From the NCBI GenBank assembly GCA_002347685.1, contig DDWS01000046.1, forward strand, positions 151,772 through 215,771: DNA of 64,000 nt. The letters are read 5' to 3'. The number at the start of each line of letters is the position of its first letter. The first letter of the stretch is position 1. Of the stretch, positions 7,882-16,684 are shown one piece after another. The stretch comes from Syntrophaceae bacterium UBA2280 (GTDB taxonomy: Bacteria; Desulfobacterota; Syntrophia; Syntrophales; Smithellaceae). The position numbers and the translations under genes were made by a program. The notes below the pieces were generated by a model, which was not told the origin of the DNA, did no database searches, and saw only the letters and a list, made by a program, of their open reading frames with translations.

Positions 7882-9084
7882 ATGGAAACGATCTATCTCG
7901 TCGCCGCGTTCTGGTTCTTTGCCGCCGTCTTATCCACTGTTTTAGCCAATCGCCTGAAAATCTCCATCGCGCTGATGGAAATCATGGTCGGCGCCATCGT
8001 TGGCTTTGCGGCCTTCCAGCTCGGCTATTTCGACAACCTCTCACTCAACGCTGAATGGATGAAATTCTGCACCGGCCTCGGTGCTATTCTGCTGACGTTT
8101 CTTGCGGGCGCGGAGCTTAACCCCGACGCCATGAAAGCAAAAATAAAGGAAGTCTCCATCATCGGCATGATTGGCTTTTCCGCCCCGTTTATCGGCTGCT
8201 TTCTGATTGCCTATTACCTCATCGGCTGGAGTATGCAGGCAAGCCTGTTATGCGGTATCGCTTTATCCACCACCTCCATGGCCGTGGTTTACGCGGTTAT
8301 GCTGGAATACGGATTCAATAAAACAGAATTCGGTAAGGGCATCCTGGGCGCGTGTTTCGTCAATGACCTGGGCACCGTCATCGCACTGGGACTTATTTTC
8401 GCGCCTTTCACTTATAAAACCGTCATATTCATTGCGGCGACAATCATTCTGATGTTTACCTTGCGTCCAATGACGGATTACATCATCAAGCGTTTCGCAT
8501 ACAAAACGGCAGCCATCCGTGCCAAGTGGATCCTCTTCATCCTTCTGGCAATGGGTGTTCTTGCCGCTTGGTCAGGAAGTGAACCGGTCCTGCCGGCTTA
8601 TATTCTGGGCATGGTTTTGGCCCGGACCATGGAGAAAGACGGCCATTTTGTCAGACGTTTAAGAACATTAACTGTCGGCTTTTTGACCCCGCTGTATTTT
8701 CTCAGGGCCGGAGCACTTGTCTCTATCCCGGCGCTTCTGTCTGGTTCGGGTGTTTTTCTTCTACTTTTCGGCGGGAAGGTCGTCTCTAAGATATTTGGCT
8801 TATACCCGGCTATTCATCATTTCCGGGAGGATAAGAAAGAAAAGTGGTACTATACCTTGCTGATGAGCACGGGGCTGACGTTCGGAACCATCTCGGCGCT
8901 CTATGGCCTGTCCAATAATATTATTTCTCAGGAACAGTATTCGCTGATTGTCGGTGCCGTGATTGCAAGCGCCGTGATCCCGACGCTGATTGCCAATAAG
9001 TTCTTCCTGCCCGGTCATCTGCTGGAACCGCCTATACTGGATGATCAGGTGCCGGATGAAAAAGATATTCACAATAAGTTGTAA
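7882..9084 (+). CDS. Cation:proton antiporter (CPA2 / Na+-H+ exchanger family)
   Basis: About 400 aa polytopic membrane protein with an N-terminus (METIYLVAAFWFFAAVLSTVLANRLKISIALMEIMVGAIVGF) typical of the KefB/NapA-type family. Start set at ATG 7882, 7 nt after AAGGAG. The track's 7861 start lies inside the riboswitch hairpin loop. Confidence 0.85.
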   Translation: METIYLVAAFWFFAAVLSTVLANRLKISIALMEIMVGAIVGFAAFQLGYFDNLSLNAEWMKFCTGLGAILLTFLAGAELNPDAMKAKIKEVSIIGMIGFSAPFIGCFLIAYYLIGWSMQASLLCGIALSTTSMAVVYAVMLEYGFNKTEFGKGILGACFVNDLGTVIALGLIFAPFTYKTVIFIAATIILMFTLRPMTDYIIKRFAYKTAAIRAKWILFILLAMGVLAAWSGSEPVLPAYILGMVLARTMEKDGHFVRRLRTLTVGFLTPLYFLRAGALVSIPALLSGSGVFLLLFGGKVVSKIFGLYPAIHHFREDKKEKWYYTLLMSTGLTFGTISALYGLSNNIISQEQYSLIVGAVIASAVIPTLIANKFFLPGHLLEPPILDDQVPDEKDIHNKL

Positions 9085-9090
9085 AACCGA

Positions 9091-9888
9091 CTACGCTGCC
9101 CAGCGGTAAAACGCGACGCCCAGAACCAGAATGCCCAGTCCGAAACGGTAAATTACAAAAGGCAGGAACGTGCGCGTCTGAACATAGCGCAGTAAAAATC
9201 CGATGGCGGCAAGCCCCGAAACACAGGCCACTGCGACACCGGTAAGAAATCCCGCATCGATCATCTCCGGGTTGGCCATCAGAACCGGAGCCTTGACTGC
9301 CGCCGCACCCAGAATGATCGGGGCGGAAAGCAAAAAGGAGAAGCGCGCCGCGCCTTCCCGAGTCATCCCTAAAGCCAGCGCCATCGTCATCGTTACGCCG
9401 GATCGCGACACACCGGGAATGATCGCCATCGCCTGGGAAAGACCGATGAGAAAACTGGTCTTGAGCGAGATATGCTGAAGATCAATTTGCTTTTTGCCCC
9501 TGCGGTCAACGATATAAAGAATAACGCCCATGAGAATCAGCATGCAGGCGATTAAAACCGGATTACGGAAAACCGTCTCAACAATATCCTCCAGCATGAA
9601 TCCGATGAAAGCCCCGGGTATGGTCGCCAAAACCAGATACCAGAAGAGCTTCCCTTCCCTTTCTTTCGGCTTCGTGAAGCCTTTGGACAATAAAACCAGC
9701 CAGTCCTTCCAGAAATAAATCACCACGGCGATCAGTGTGCCGACATGCAAAGCGATATCGAAGGTCAGTCCATGGTCCACCCACTTCATGAGCCACGGCA
9801 CTAAAATCAGGTGCGCGGAACTCGATATCGGGAGAAACTCGCCCAACCCCTGTACCAGTCCTAAAACAATTGCGTGCAGAATGTCCAT
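9091..9888 (-). CDS. uppP: Undecaprenyl-diphosphate phosphatase
   Basis: 265 aa. The N-terminal GLVQGLGEFLPISSSAHL motif and the SRSG motif are characteristic of BacA/UppP. Confidence 0.9.
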   Translation of the reverse strand: MDILHAIVLGLVQGLGEFLPISSSAHLILVPWLMKWVDHGLTFDIALHVGTLIAVVIYFWKDWLVLLSKGFTKPKEREGKLFWYLVLATIPGAFIGFMLEDIVETVFRNPVLIACMLILMGVILYIVDRRGKKQIDLQHISLKTSFLIGLSQAMAIIPGVSRSGVTMTMALALGMTREGAARFSFLLSAPIILGAAAVKAPVLMANPEMIDAGFLTGVAVACVSGLAAIGFLLRYVQTRTFLPFVIYRFGLGILVLGVAFYRWAA

Positions 9889-10014
9889 TATATCTCTTTC
9901 CTTGTCTAATGATTTACGATGGTCGAGTAGCCTTACATGATAAATCCGTTTTTGTCCACTTCACTCGATCAATTCATCATCATTTCGTAATGATATAGGA
10001 TACCGGCGATCTTC

Positions 10015-10043
10015 TTGACACCCTGACGTCTAACGCTTATACT
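10015..10043 (+). promoter_or_regulatory. Sigma70-type promoter candidate, TTGACA-17 nt-TATACT
   Basis: Consensus -35 at 10015-10020, a 17-nt spacer and a near-consensus -10 at 10038-10043, about 45 nt upstream of the aldehyde dehydrogenase start. Confidence 0.5.
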
Positions 10044-10086
10044 AAAAGCGCTTGTCATTGCTTTCTTCATTCCCGGAGGACGGATC

Positions 10087-11475
10087 GTGGAACAAAATGC
10101 TTTTATGTCTTTGTACCAACAGCAGAAGGAATTTTTCCATTCCGGAAAGACACGCGACATCGCATTTCGCATCGCCGCACTCAAAACACTCAAGGATCTG
10201 ATCCATACTCACGAAAAGGAAATTCTGTCCGCCGTTTATGACGATCTGCACAAAGAGGAAACAGATGCTTACGCCACGGAAATCTCCGGTGTCTATAATG
10301 AAATCAAAGTGGCGATTTCCAATGTCCGCGACTGGTCGGCGCGTGAAAAAGTATCCACACCCTTTTACATGCTGCCTGCAAAAAGTTACATCTACAAAGA
10401 GCCCTACGGGGTGACGCTGATTATCGCGCCCTGGAATTATCCTTTTTTGCTGATTATGATGCCGCTCATCGGCGCGATTGCAGCGGGAAACACCGCCATT
10501 GTCAAGCCCTCGGAGGTGTCGGTGCATACGGCAGCGGTTCTTGAAAAAATAATCAACAGCGCCTTTCCCATGGAATATATCCATGTCGTATCCGGCGTAG
10601 TCACGGAAACTCAGGCGCTTCTGGATCTGCCGGTGGATTATATTTTCTTTACCGGCTCTGTGCCTGTCGGCAAAGTGGTGATGGCCGCGGCGGCGAAGCA
10701 CCTGACGCCTGTCACGTTGGAACTGGGGGGCAAAAGTCCTGCCATTGTGCATGAGAGCGCAAATCTTAAAACATCCGCCAGCCGCATCTGTTGGGGAAAG
10801 TTTCAAAATGCCGGGCAAACCTGCATCGCACCGGATTATGTTCTGGTGCATGAATCTGTGAAGGACGCCTTTATCGATGAAGTCATCAAGGTGATCCTGA
10901 AGTTTTACGGAGAGGACGCCTCGGCCCATGCCCGCTATTGCCGGATCATCAATGACCGTCACTTCCAGCGCTTGCGTGCGCTCATGGATCCGCACAAGAT
11001 CGTTTACGGCGGGAAAACAAATGCAGGCAACCGCTATATCGAACCCACTGTGCTTTATCCAGTTCACTGGGATGATCCGATCATGCAAGATGAAATCTTC
11101 GGCCCGCTACTGCCCGTGATTCCCTATGCCGACCTGGATGAAACCATCCGGAAAATCAACGAACGCCCTAAACCGCTTTCGTTGTATATGTTTGTCAATG
11201 ACAAGGTCGTGCGCAGAAGAATCATCCATGAAATCTCGTTCGGCGGCGGCGCGGTGAATAACACGATCGTTCACATTGTCAATCACCTGCTGCCATTCGG
11301 CGGTGTCGGATCAAGCGGGATCGGTCAATACCACGGGAAATACAGCTTCGACACTTTCTCTCACAAAAAAAGCATTCTGCAAAGCTGCAGCCGGACCGAC
11401 CCGGTGGACATCGTCCAGCCACACAAGGGCAGGCTTTTTAAGTTTACGTTAAAACTGATGAGATATTTCTCCTAA
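10087..11475 (+). CDS. NAD(P)-dependent aldehyde dehydrogenase (class 3-like)
   Basis: 462 aa. FTGS..VGK, catalytic ELGGKSP and QTCIAPDY (Cys) motifs. GTG start 7 nt after GGAGGA. Confidence 0.85.
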   Translation: MEQNAFMSLYQQQKEFFHSGKTRDIAFRIAALKTLKDLIHTHEKEILSAVYDDLHKEETDAYATEISGVYNEIKVAISNVRDWSAREKVSTPFYMLPAKSYIYKEPYGVTLIIAPWNYPFLLIMMPLIGAIAAGNTAIVKPSEVSVHTAAVLEKIINSAFPMEYIHVVSGVVTETQALLDLPVDYIFFTGSVPVGKVVMAAAAKHLTPVTLELGGKSPAIVHESANLKTSASRICWGKFQNAGQTCIAPDYVLVHESVKDAFIDEVIKVILKFYGEDASAHARYCRIINDRHFQRLRALMDPHKIVYGGKTNAGNRYIEPTVLYPVHWDDPIMQDEIFGPLLPVIPYADLDETIRKINERPKPLSLYMFVNDKVVRRRIIHEISFGGGAVNNTIVHIVNHLLPFGGVGSSGIGQYHGKYSFDTFSHKKSILQSCSRTDPVDIVQPHKGRLFKFTLKLMRYFS

Positions 11476-11492
11476 ACAGAAAGGACCCTTCC

Positions 11493-12476
11493 ATGAAAAA
11501 GACCATTGTGTTTTTGGCTGTCTTTGCAATTCTGCTTTTGAGCGCCTGCTCAGCTCCCCGGCTCAACCTTTTTGATACGACGCCCCGGGCTCTCCAGGAA
11601 TACACCCTCGAAGGAACGGGCAAGGAAAAGATATTGCTGCTCTCCGTCAACGGGTTGATTTCCGACACACCGAAAAGAGGCATGTTCGGCACATCTCCCA
11701 GTCTCGTCGAACAAATCTCCGTCCAGCTCAACAAGGCAAAAACCGACCCGCAGATCAAAGCCGTGTTACTGAAAGTCAACTCCTCAGGCGGCACCATTAC
11801 CGCAAGCGATATCCTTTATCAGGAATTGACGCTGTACAAATCCAAAAGCGGCAGCAAAATTGCCGTCATCATGATGGATGTCGCCGCCTCCGGGGCCTAT
11901 TACCTGTCTTTGCCTGCGGACATGATCATGGCGCATCCCACCACAATCACCGGTTCTGTCGGTGTGATTCTGCTTCGGCCGAAAGTCAATACGCTGATGG
12001 AAAAAGTGGGCGCCAGTGTTGAAATCACCAAATTTGGAAGCCATAAAGACATGGGATCACCCTTTCGCCCGAGTACAGATGACGAGCGGAAACTGATCCA
12101 GAAAACCGTGGACACGATGGGTAAACGCTTTATCGATCTTGTTGCCAAACATCGTCAACTCGACGAGGCATCGCTCAAGGAAGTATCCACGGCCCGGGTT
12201 TTCGTGGCGGATGAGGCGTTGCAGCTTCGGCTCATCGATAAAATCGGCTACATTTCAGACGCGGTCAAAAACACCAGGGAACTGGCCGGCCTGAGCGCGG
12301 ATGCGCGCGTCGTGGTATATCGACGCAAGGATATGCCGGAGGAAAACTATTACCGGGTATCCACATCGAGCGCCGAAGCCGTCAATCTTTCATTGATCAA
12401 CATCACACTGCCGGACATCTTCACAACCGGCGCCGGCTATTATTATCTCTGGCCCGGATCCTTGAACTTCGAATAA
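11493..12476 (+). CDS. sppA: Signal peptide peptidase SppA (36K type), lipoprotein signal
   Basis: 327 aa. LLLSAC lipobox and ClpP/crotonase-like motifs (SSGGTITASD, AASGAYYL, TGSVGV). Confidence 0.85.
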   Translation: MKKTIVFLAVFAILLLSACSAPRLNLFDTTPRALQEYTLEGTGKEKILLLSVNGLISDTPKRGMFGTSPSLVEQISVQLNKAKTDPQIKAVLLKVNSSGGTITASDILYQELTLYKSKSGSKIAVIMMDVAASGAYYLSLPADMIMAHPTTITGSVGVILLRPKVNTLMEKVGASVEITKFGSHKDMGSPFRPSTDDERKLIQKTVDTMGKRFIDLVAKHRQLDEASLKEVSTARVFVADEALQLRLIDKIGYISDAVKNTRELAGLSADARVVVYRRKDMPEENYYRVSTSSAEAVNLSLINITLPDIFTTGAGYYYLWPGSLNFE

Positions 12477-12499
12477 CCTGAAAACGGCGATCGGCTGCT

Positions 12500-13477
12500 A
12501 TGGCAATAATTGAAACGCGCTCTCTGACCAAAACATTCGGTAAAATTCAAGCCGTCTGCGGAATTGATCTGGATATTGAAAAAGGCGAAATCTTCGGCCT
12601 GCTGGGCCCCAACGGCGCCGGCAAGACCACAACCATCGGGATGCTTTGCACCATCGTGCGCCCGACCTCCGGCAGCGGCACCATTGCGGGCTTTGATATC
12701 GCAAAACAGCCGACACAGGTCCGGCGCAAGGTCGGCATCGTTTTTCAGGACCCGACACTCGACACCATCCTGACCGGACGCGAAAATCTTCAGCTCCATG
12801 CCCGTCTCTACGGGTTACCACCCGTCCTGCGAAAGCAATGGATCGACGAAATGCTTGAGCTCGTTGACCTTACAAAGCGCGCCGACGACCTGACCCGAAC
12901 CTATTCCGGCGGCATGAAACGCAGGCTGGAACTGGCTCGCGGCCTGCTGCACCGCCCTGCTGTTTTATTTCTGGATGAACCGACGCTGGGACTCGACCCG
13001 CAGACCCGTGCGCGCACATGGGAATACATTCGCAAGATGGCGCGCAAGGAAGAAACCACCGTGGTCCTCACTACGCACTACATGGAGGAGGCCCAGCAAA
13101 TGTGCGACCGCATCGGGATCATCGACACAGGCCGGATCATCGCGCTCGATACCCCGGAAAACATGATCGACTCGATGGGAGGAGATATCGTCGCCCTGCG
13201 CGCGCCATCACCGCCGCTCGACATAATCCGCCTGCTGCCGTATGTCTCCGGGGTAAAAACCACGGACGGGTTATTTGAAATTACCATGAAATCCGCGCAT
13301 CTGCATCTTGCTGAAATTCTGTCTTTGATTCCGGATGTCGCAAGCGTCGAGATGAGAAAACCCACACTCAACGATGTCTTCATTAAGCTCACCGGCCGCG
13401 ATATCCGTCAGGACGCCGTTGAAAACGGTGAAGGGTGGGTGGAAACCGTCGCACGCTACCGCCAGAGAGGAAAGTGA
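12500..13477 (+). CDS. ABC transporter ATP-binding protein (ABC-2/DrrA-like exporter)
   Basis: Walker A GPNGAGKTT, signature YSGGMKRRL and Walker B LFLDEPT. Confidence 0.9.
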   Translation: MAIIETRSLTKTFGKIQAVCGIDLDIEKGEIFGLLGPNGAGKTTTIGMLCTIVRPTSGSGTIAGFDIAKQPTQVRRKVGIVFQDPTLDTILTGRENLQLHARLYGLPPVLRKQWIDEMLELVDLTKRADDLTRTYSGGMKRRLELARGLLHRPAVLFLDEPTLGLDPQTRARTWEYIRKMARKEETTVVLTTHYMEEAQQMCDRIGIIDTGRIIALDTPENMIDSMGGDIVALRAPSPPLDIIRLLPYVSGVKTTDGLFEITMKSAHLHLAEILSLIPDVASVEMRKPTLNDVFIKLTGRDIRQDAVENGEGWVETVARYRQRGK

Positions 13478-13481
13478 TTCG

Positions 13482-14246
13482 ATGATTTCCGATTTGATCC
13501 GAAGAGAATTGATGGGGATTTCCGCCGTCTGGTGGCGGGAGTTCAAAGTCTTCTGGCGGGAGAAAAGCAGAATCGTTTCCAGCGTCGTCGCGCCCTTGAT
13601 GTGGCTTTTTTTATTCGGCAGCGGTATCGGGGCATCCATGATGGTCGGCAACGTCAATTATCGGGACTACATTTATCCGGGTGTGTTGACCATGTCGGTT
13701 ATTTTCGGGTCTGTTTTTTTTGGGCTGTATATCATCTGGGACCGGAAACTCGACGTGCTCAAAGCCGTCCTGGTGGCGCCTGTATCCCGCATCAGTATCT
13801 TTTTCGGTAAAGTGATCGGCGGCTGCACCGATGTTTTGCTGCAGGTGACGATTCTTTTTGTCTTTAGCTTTCTTTTTCCCTCGGTGAATCCATGGGGGAT
13901 ACCGCAGGCCTTATTGCTTCTGCTCGTCACCTCGATTGCCCTTGTGTCCCTGGGACTGGCGCTGGGCTCTCTGATGGAGAGCCTGGAGGGATTTCAGGTG
14001 ATCTCGGCGTTTCTGATCTTCCCTCTGTTCTTTTTATCGGGAGCGCTTTTCCCCGTGGACGAACGCCTGCCTGCCTGGCTTTCAGGACTGGTCAAACTCA
14101 ACCCGCTTAGCTACACGGTGGACGGCGTCCGAGGCGCGCTTCTGGGGATCAGTGTTCACCCTTTTTACGTCAACCTCGGAATCATCGGACTTTTCGCGTC
14201 GGTCATGCTGGTTTTGGGAAGCATACTCTTCAGCCGTATGAAATAG
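13482..14246 (+). CDS. ABC-2 type transporter permease
   Basis: Six predicted TM segments, directly after the ATPase gene. Start trimmed to ATG 13482 (MISDLIRRELMGISAVWWREF), just past the ATPase stop. Confidence 0.8.
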   Translation: MISDLIRRELMGISAVWWREFKVFWREKSRIVSSVVAPLMWLFLFGSGIGASMMVGNVNYRDYIYPGVLTMSVIFGSVFFGLYIIWDRKLDVLKAVLVAPVSRISIFFGKVIGGCTDVLLQVTILFVFSFLFPSVNPWGIPQALLLLLVTSIALVSLGLALGSLMESLEGFQVISAFLIFPLFFLSGALFPVDERLPAWLSGLVKLNPLSYTVDGVRGALLGISVHPFYVNLGIIGLFASVMLVLGSILFSRMK

Positions 14247-14276
14247 CCACGACTACAATGAGCAAAGGAAACAGCT

Positions 14277-14984
14277 ATGAAAGATCATGGAATGAAGTCT
14301 CTTGTTTTTTTCATTTTATTCTTTATCTGCACGCCCGCGCAGGCCTGGCATGATCATACCCATGTAATGGTTGCCAAAGTCGCGGGCATGGCCTCCTGGT
14401 ATAATGCCGCCGGCCCTGATCTTGCCAAAATCAAGGCGCGTAACATTGAATCCTATAATCACTGGTTCAACAATAATGCTGAAGTGGAAGTGACCGTGAA
14501 AATGGTCTTCGATCAGATCGGACGTTACAATCAAAGAAGGATAACGGATGCGGAAGGTCATCTCTACGGTGCGATCCTCGCTTCGCTTCGCGCCTACGAT
14601 AAGACGGCGCGAGCCGGAAAATACGCCGAGTATCACCTGGCCTACTGCGCTCATTATATCGCCGATCTATCCCAGCCCCTGCACAACATTCCTCACGATG
14701 ATTTCAACAAGGCCTTTCACCACGCCGCCGACGGCATTGTAGAGTCAACAATTTGGGACGAATCGCATAAGATCATGGAACATATGTACGACATCAAACT
14801 GGACCGGAACCATTTCGAAGCGGACCTCGCCCGGGAAATCGCGCGGATTGCCAATATCAGCCGAAAACTGGGGTACAAAATGCGCGCCCAAAAAAGAAAC
14901 ATCACCAGACAGGAAGCGTATATTCAACTCGGCCACAGCGCCTCGCTTTTAAAAGCTGTCTTGGTGCACTATCAAAAACCATAA
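14277..14984 (+). CDS. Secreted zinc-dependent S1/P1 nuclease / phospholipase C-fold protein (compact form)
   Basis: Signal peptide ending AQA, so the mature N-terminus is WHDHTHVMVA (Trp1 and His6 as in P1 nuclease). HYIADLSQPLHN matches the H-x3-D-x5-H zinc signature (HFIGDxxQPLH). HHAAD gives the later H-x3-D pair. Confidence 0.6.
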   Translation: MKDHGMKSLVFFILFFICTPAQAWHDHTHVMVAKVAGMASWYNAAGPDLAKIKARNIESYNHWFNNNAEVEVTVKMVFDQIGRYNQRRITDAEGHLYGAILASLRAYDKTARAGKYAEYHLAYCAHYIADLSQPLHNIPHDDFNKAFHHAADGIVESTIWDESHKIMEHMYDIKLDRNHFEADLAREIARIANISRKLGYKMRAQKRNITRQEAYIQLGHSASLLKAVLVHYQKP

Positions 14985-15085
14985 AAACCCTGTCCTGAAC
15001 GGATGCTTAATTGACAAATTTCCGGAATTATGCGCATGGAAATTTAAAGTTTAACACATGACTTCAGGGGAGGTATATTTTCAGT

Positions 15086-16330
15086 ATGGAAAGTTTGAAG
15101 GATCTGCAGTCTCGTTATGAATCCCTCAAAGGGATGGGTTTGAAATTGAATATTGAGCGCGGCCAGCCCGGAGACGAAAATTTCAATCTCTCAAATCCTC
15201 TTTTGGGCATTGTGAGTGAAAATGACGTCATGACCCAAAGCGGTTTCGATATCCGCAATTATCCCGGGGGCGTTTTAGGCCTGCCCGAAGCGCGCGAGCT
15301 TTTTTCTTCCATTCTCGGCGCAAAACCGGAAGAGACCCTTGTCGGCAACAACGCCAGTCTGCTGATCCTCTCCAAGGTCCTGATGTGGGCGCTGCTTCGG
15401 GGTGTGGTCGGAAGCCCTTCACCCTGGTGTACAATCGACAAACCGAAAATGATCGTCACCGTGCCCGGATACGACCGGCATTTCCTGCTGCTGGCCGAAA
15501 TGGGCTTTGAAATGATTCAGGTTCCAATGACCCCGAACGGTCCGGATATGGATGAAATTGAAAAAGTTTCCGGTGCGGATGCGTCCGTAAAGGGAATCCT
15601 CTTTGTTCCCACCTATTCCAATCCCACCGGGGATACGGTATCCGACGAGACGGTCAAAAGGCTCGCCGCCATGAAGACAGCCGCGCCTGATTTCACCATT
15701 TTCGCCGACGACGCCTACGTTGTCCATCACCTGGCTGAGAATCCCCGAAAACCAAAAAATCTGCTGCGTGCCTGCGAAGAGGCTGGAAATCCCAACAGGG
15801 TTTATCTGTTCAGCTCTACCTCCAAAATCACATTTGCCAGCGCGGGTCTCGGTTTCATGGCCACCAGCAAGGACAACCTCGCATATATTTCAAAGTTTTT
15901 CGGCACCATGTTTATCGGCCCCAATAAGGCCGAACAGCTCCGCCACGTGAAATTTTTGAAAGCTTTCCCAGGCGGTGTGGCTGGCCTGATGAAAGAACAC
16001 GCCAAACTGCTCAAACCAAAATTCGACATATCGCAAAAAGTTCTGGAAAGAGAACTGGGCGGCACATCCCTGGCCTCCTGGAGCAAACCGGATGGCGGCT
16101 ATTTTATCAGCCTCGACACAACAAAACCGGTCGCGAAGCGCGCGGTGGCGCTGTGCAAAGATGCGGGCGTTGCGATTACACCTGCCGGCGCGACGTTTCC
16201 CCTCGGCAAAGACCCCCGGGACGCCAATATCCGGATTTCACCGACACGTCCGCAGGTGGCCGAACTGGAAAAAGCCATTGAGATCCTGGCGGTGTGCGTC
16301 AAACTGGCTTCCCTGGAATATGGCTCATAG
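15086..16330 (+). CDS. PLP-dependent aminotransferase, class I/II fold
   Basis: 414 aa. PTYSNPTG and the SSTSKITFASAGLG (PLP-lysine) motif. Confidence 0.8.
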   Translation: MESLKDLQSRYESLKGMGLKLNIERGQPGDENFNLSNPLLGIVSENDVMTQSGFDIRNYPGGVLGLPEARELFSSILGAKPEETLVGNNASLLILSKVLMWALLRGVVGSPSPWCTIDKPKMIVTVPGYDRHFLLLAEMGFEMIQVPMTPNGPDMDEIEKVSGADASVKGILFVPTYSNPTGDTVSDETVKRLAAMKTAAPDFTIFADDAYVVHHLAENPRKPKNLLRACEEAGNPNRVYLFSSTSKITFASAGLGFMATSKDNLAYISKFFGTMFIGPNKAEQLRHVKFLKAFPGGVAGLMKEHAKLLKPKFDISQKVLERELGGTSLASWSKPDGGYFISLDTTKPVAKRAVALCKDAGVAITPAGATFPLGKDPRDANIRISPTRPQVAELEKAIEILAVCVKLASLEYGS

Positions 16331-16393
16331 TAAAGAAGCCGTGGATGGTGGATGGTGGATAGGGAATGGGAAATAGCTCATAGCTCATAGTCA

Positions 16394-16432
16394 GCCCGGC
16401 GGTTTTCAACGGTCCGGGTTTTTTCAATTATC
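16394..16432 (+). terminator. Rho-independent terminator candidate
   Basis: An imperfect CCCGG...CCGGG hairpin followed by TTTTTT, downstream of the aminotransferase stop. Confidence 0.5.
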
Positions 16433-16684
16433 AACCTTCCTTCGTTCACCGATGTAACATGGTTTGCAAGAGCGAGGTTTGTGGAATTTTTCTCAGCTTC
16501 AGTTTGCTCCTGGCATATTTCCATGCTTTGCTAAGACTTTCAACACTTTGCATAAGCTTTAAGATTTTTTATAGAAATGCCGATGTCATGTGATAGGGGC
16601 TATATACAACCGTTGATTCGGCAGTCATGTTGTCTGCCGAATATCTGAACTTTATGCCAGCAAGAAAGGAATGGGAAATAAAAA

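Noticed and set aside
10042-11088. 348-aa ORF antisense to the aldehyde dehydrogenase
   Set aside because: It is a shadow ORF. The composition is R/H/C/D-rich and low in complexity, it has no motifs, and it is fully embedded opposite a gene with clear catalytic motifs.
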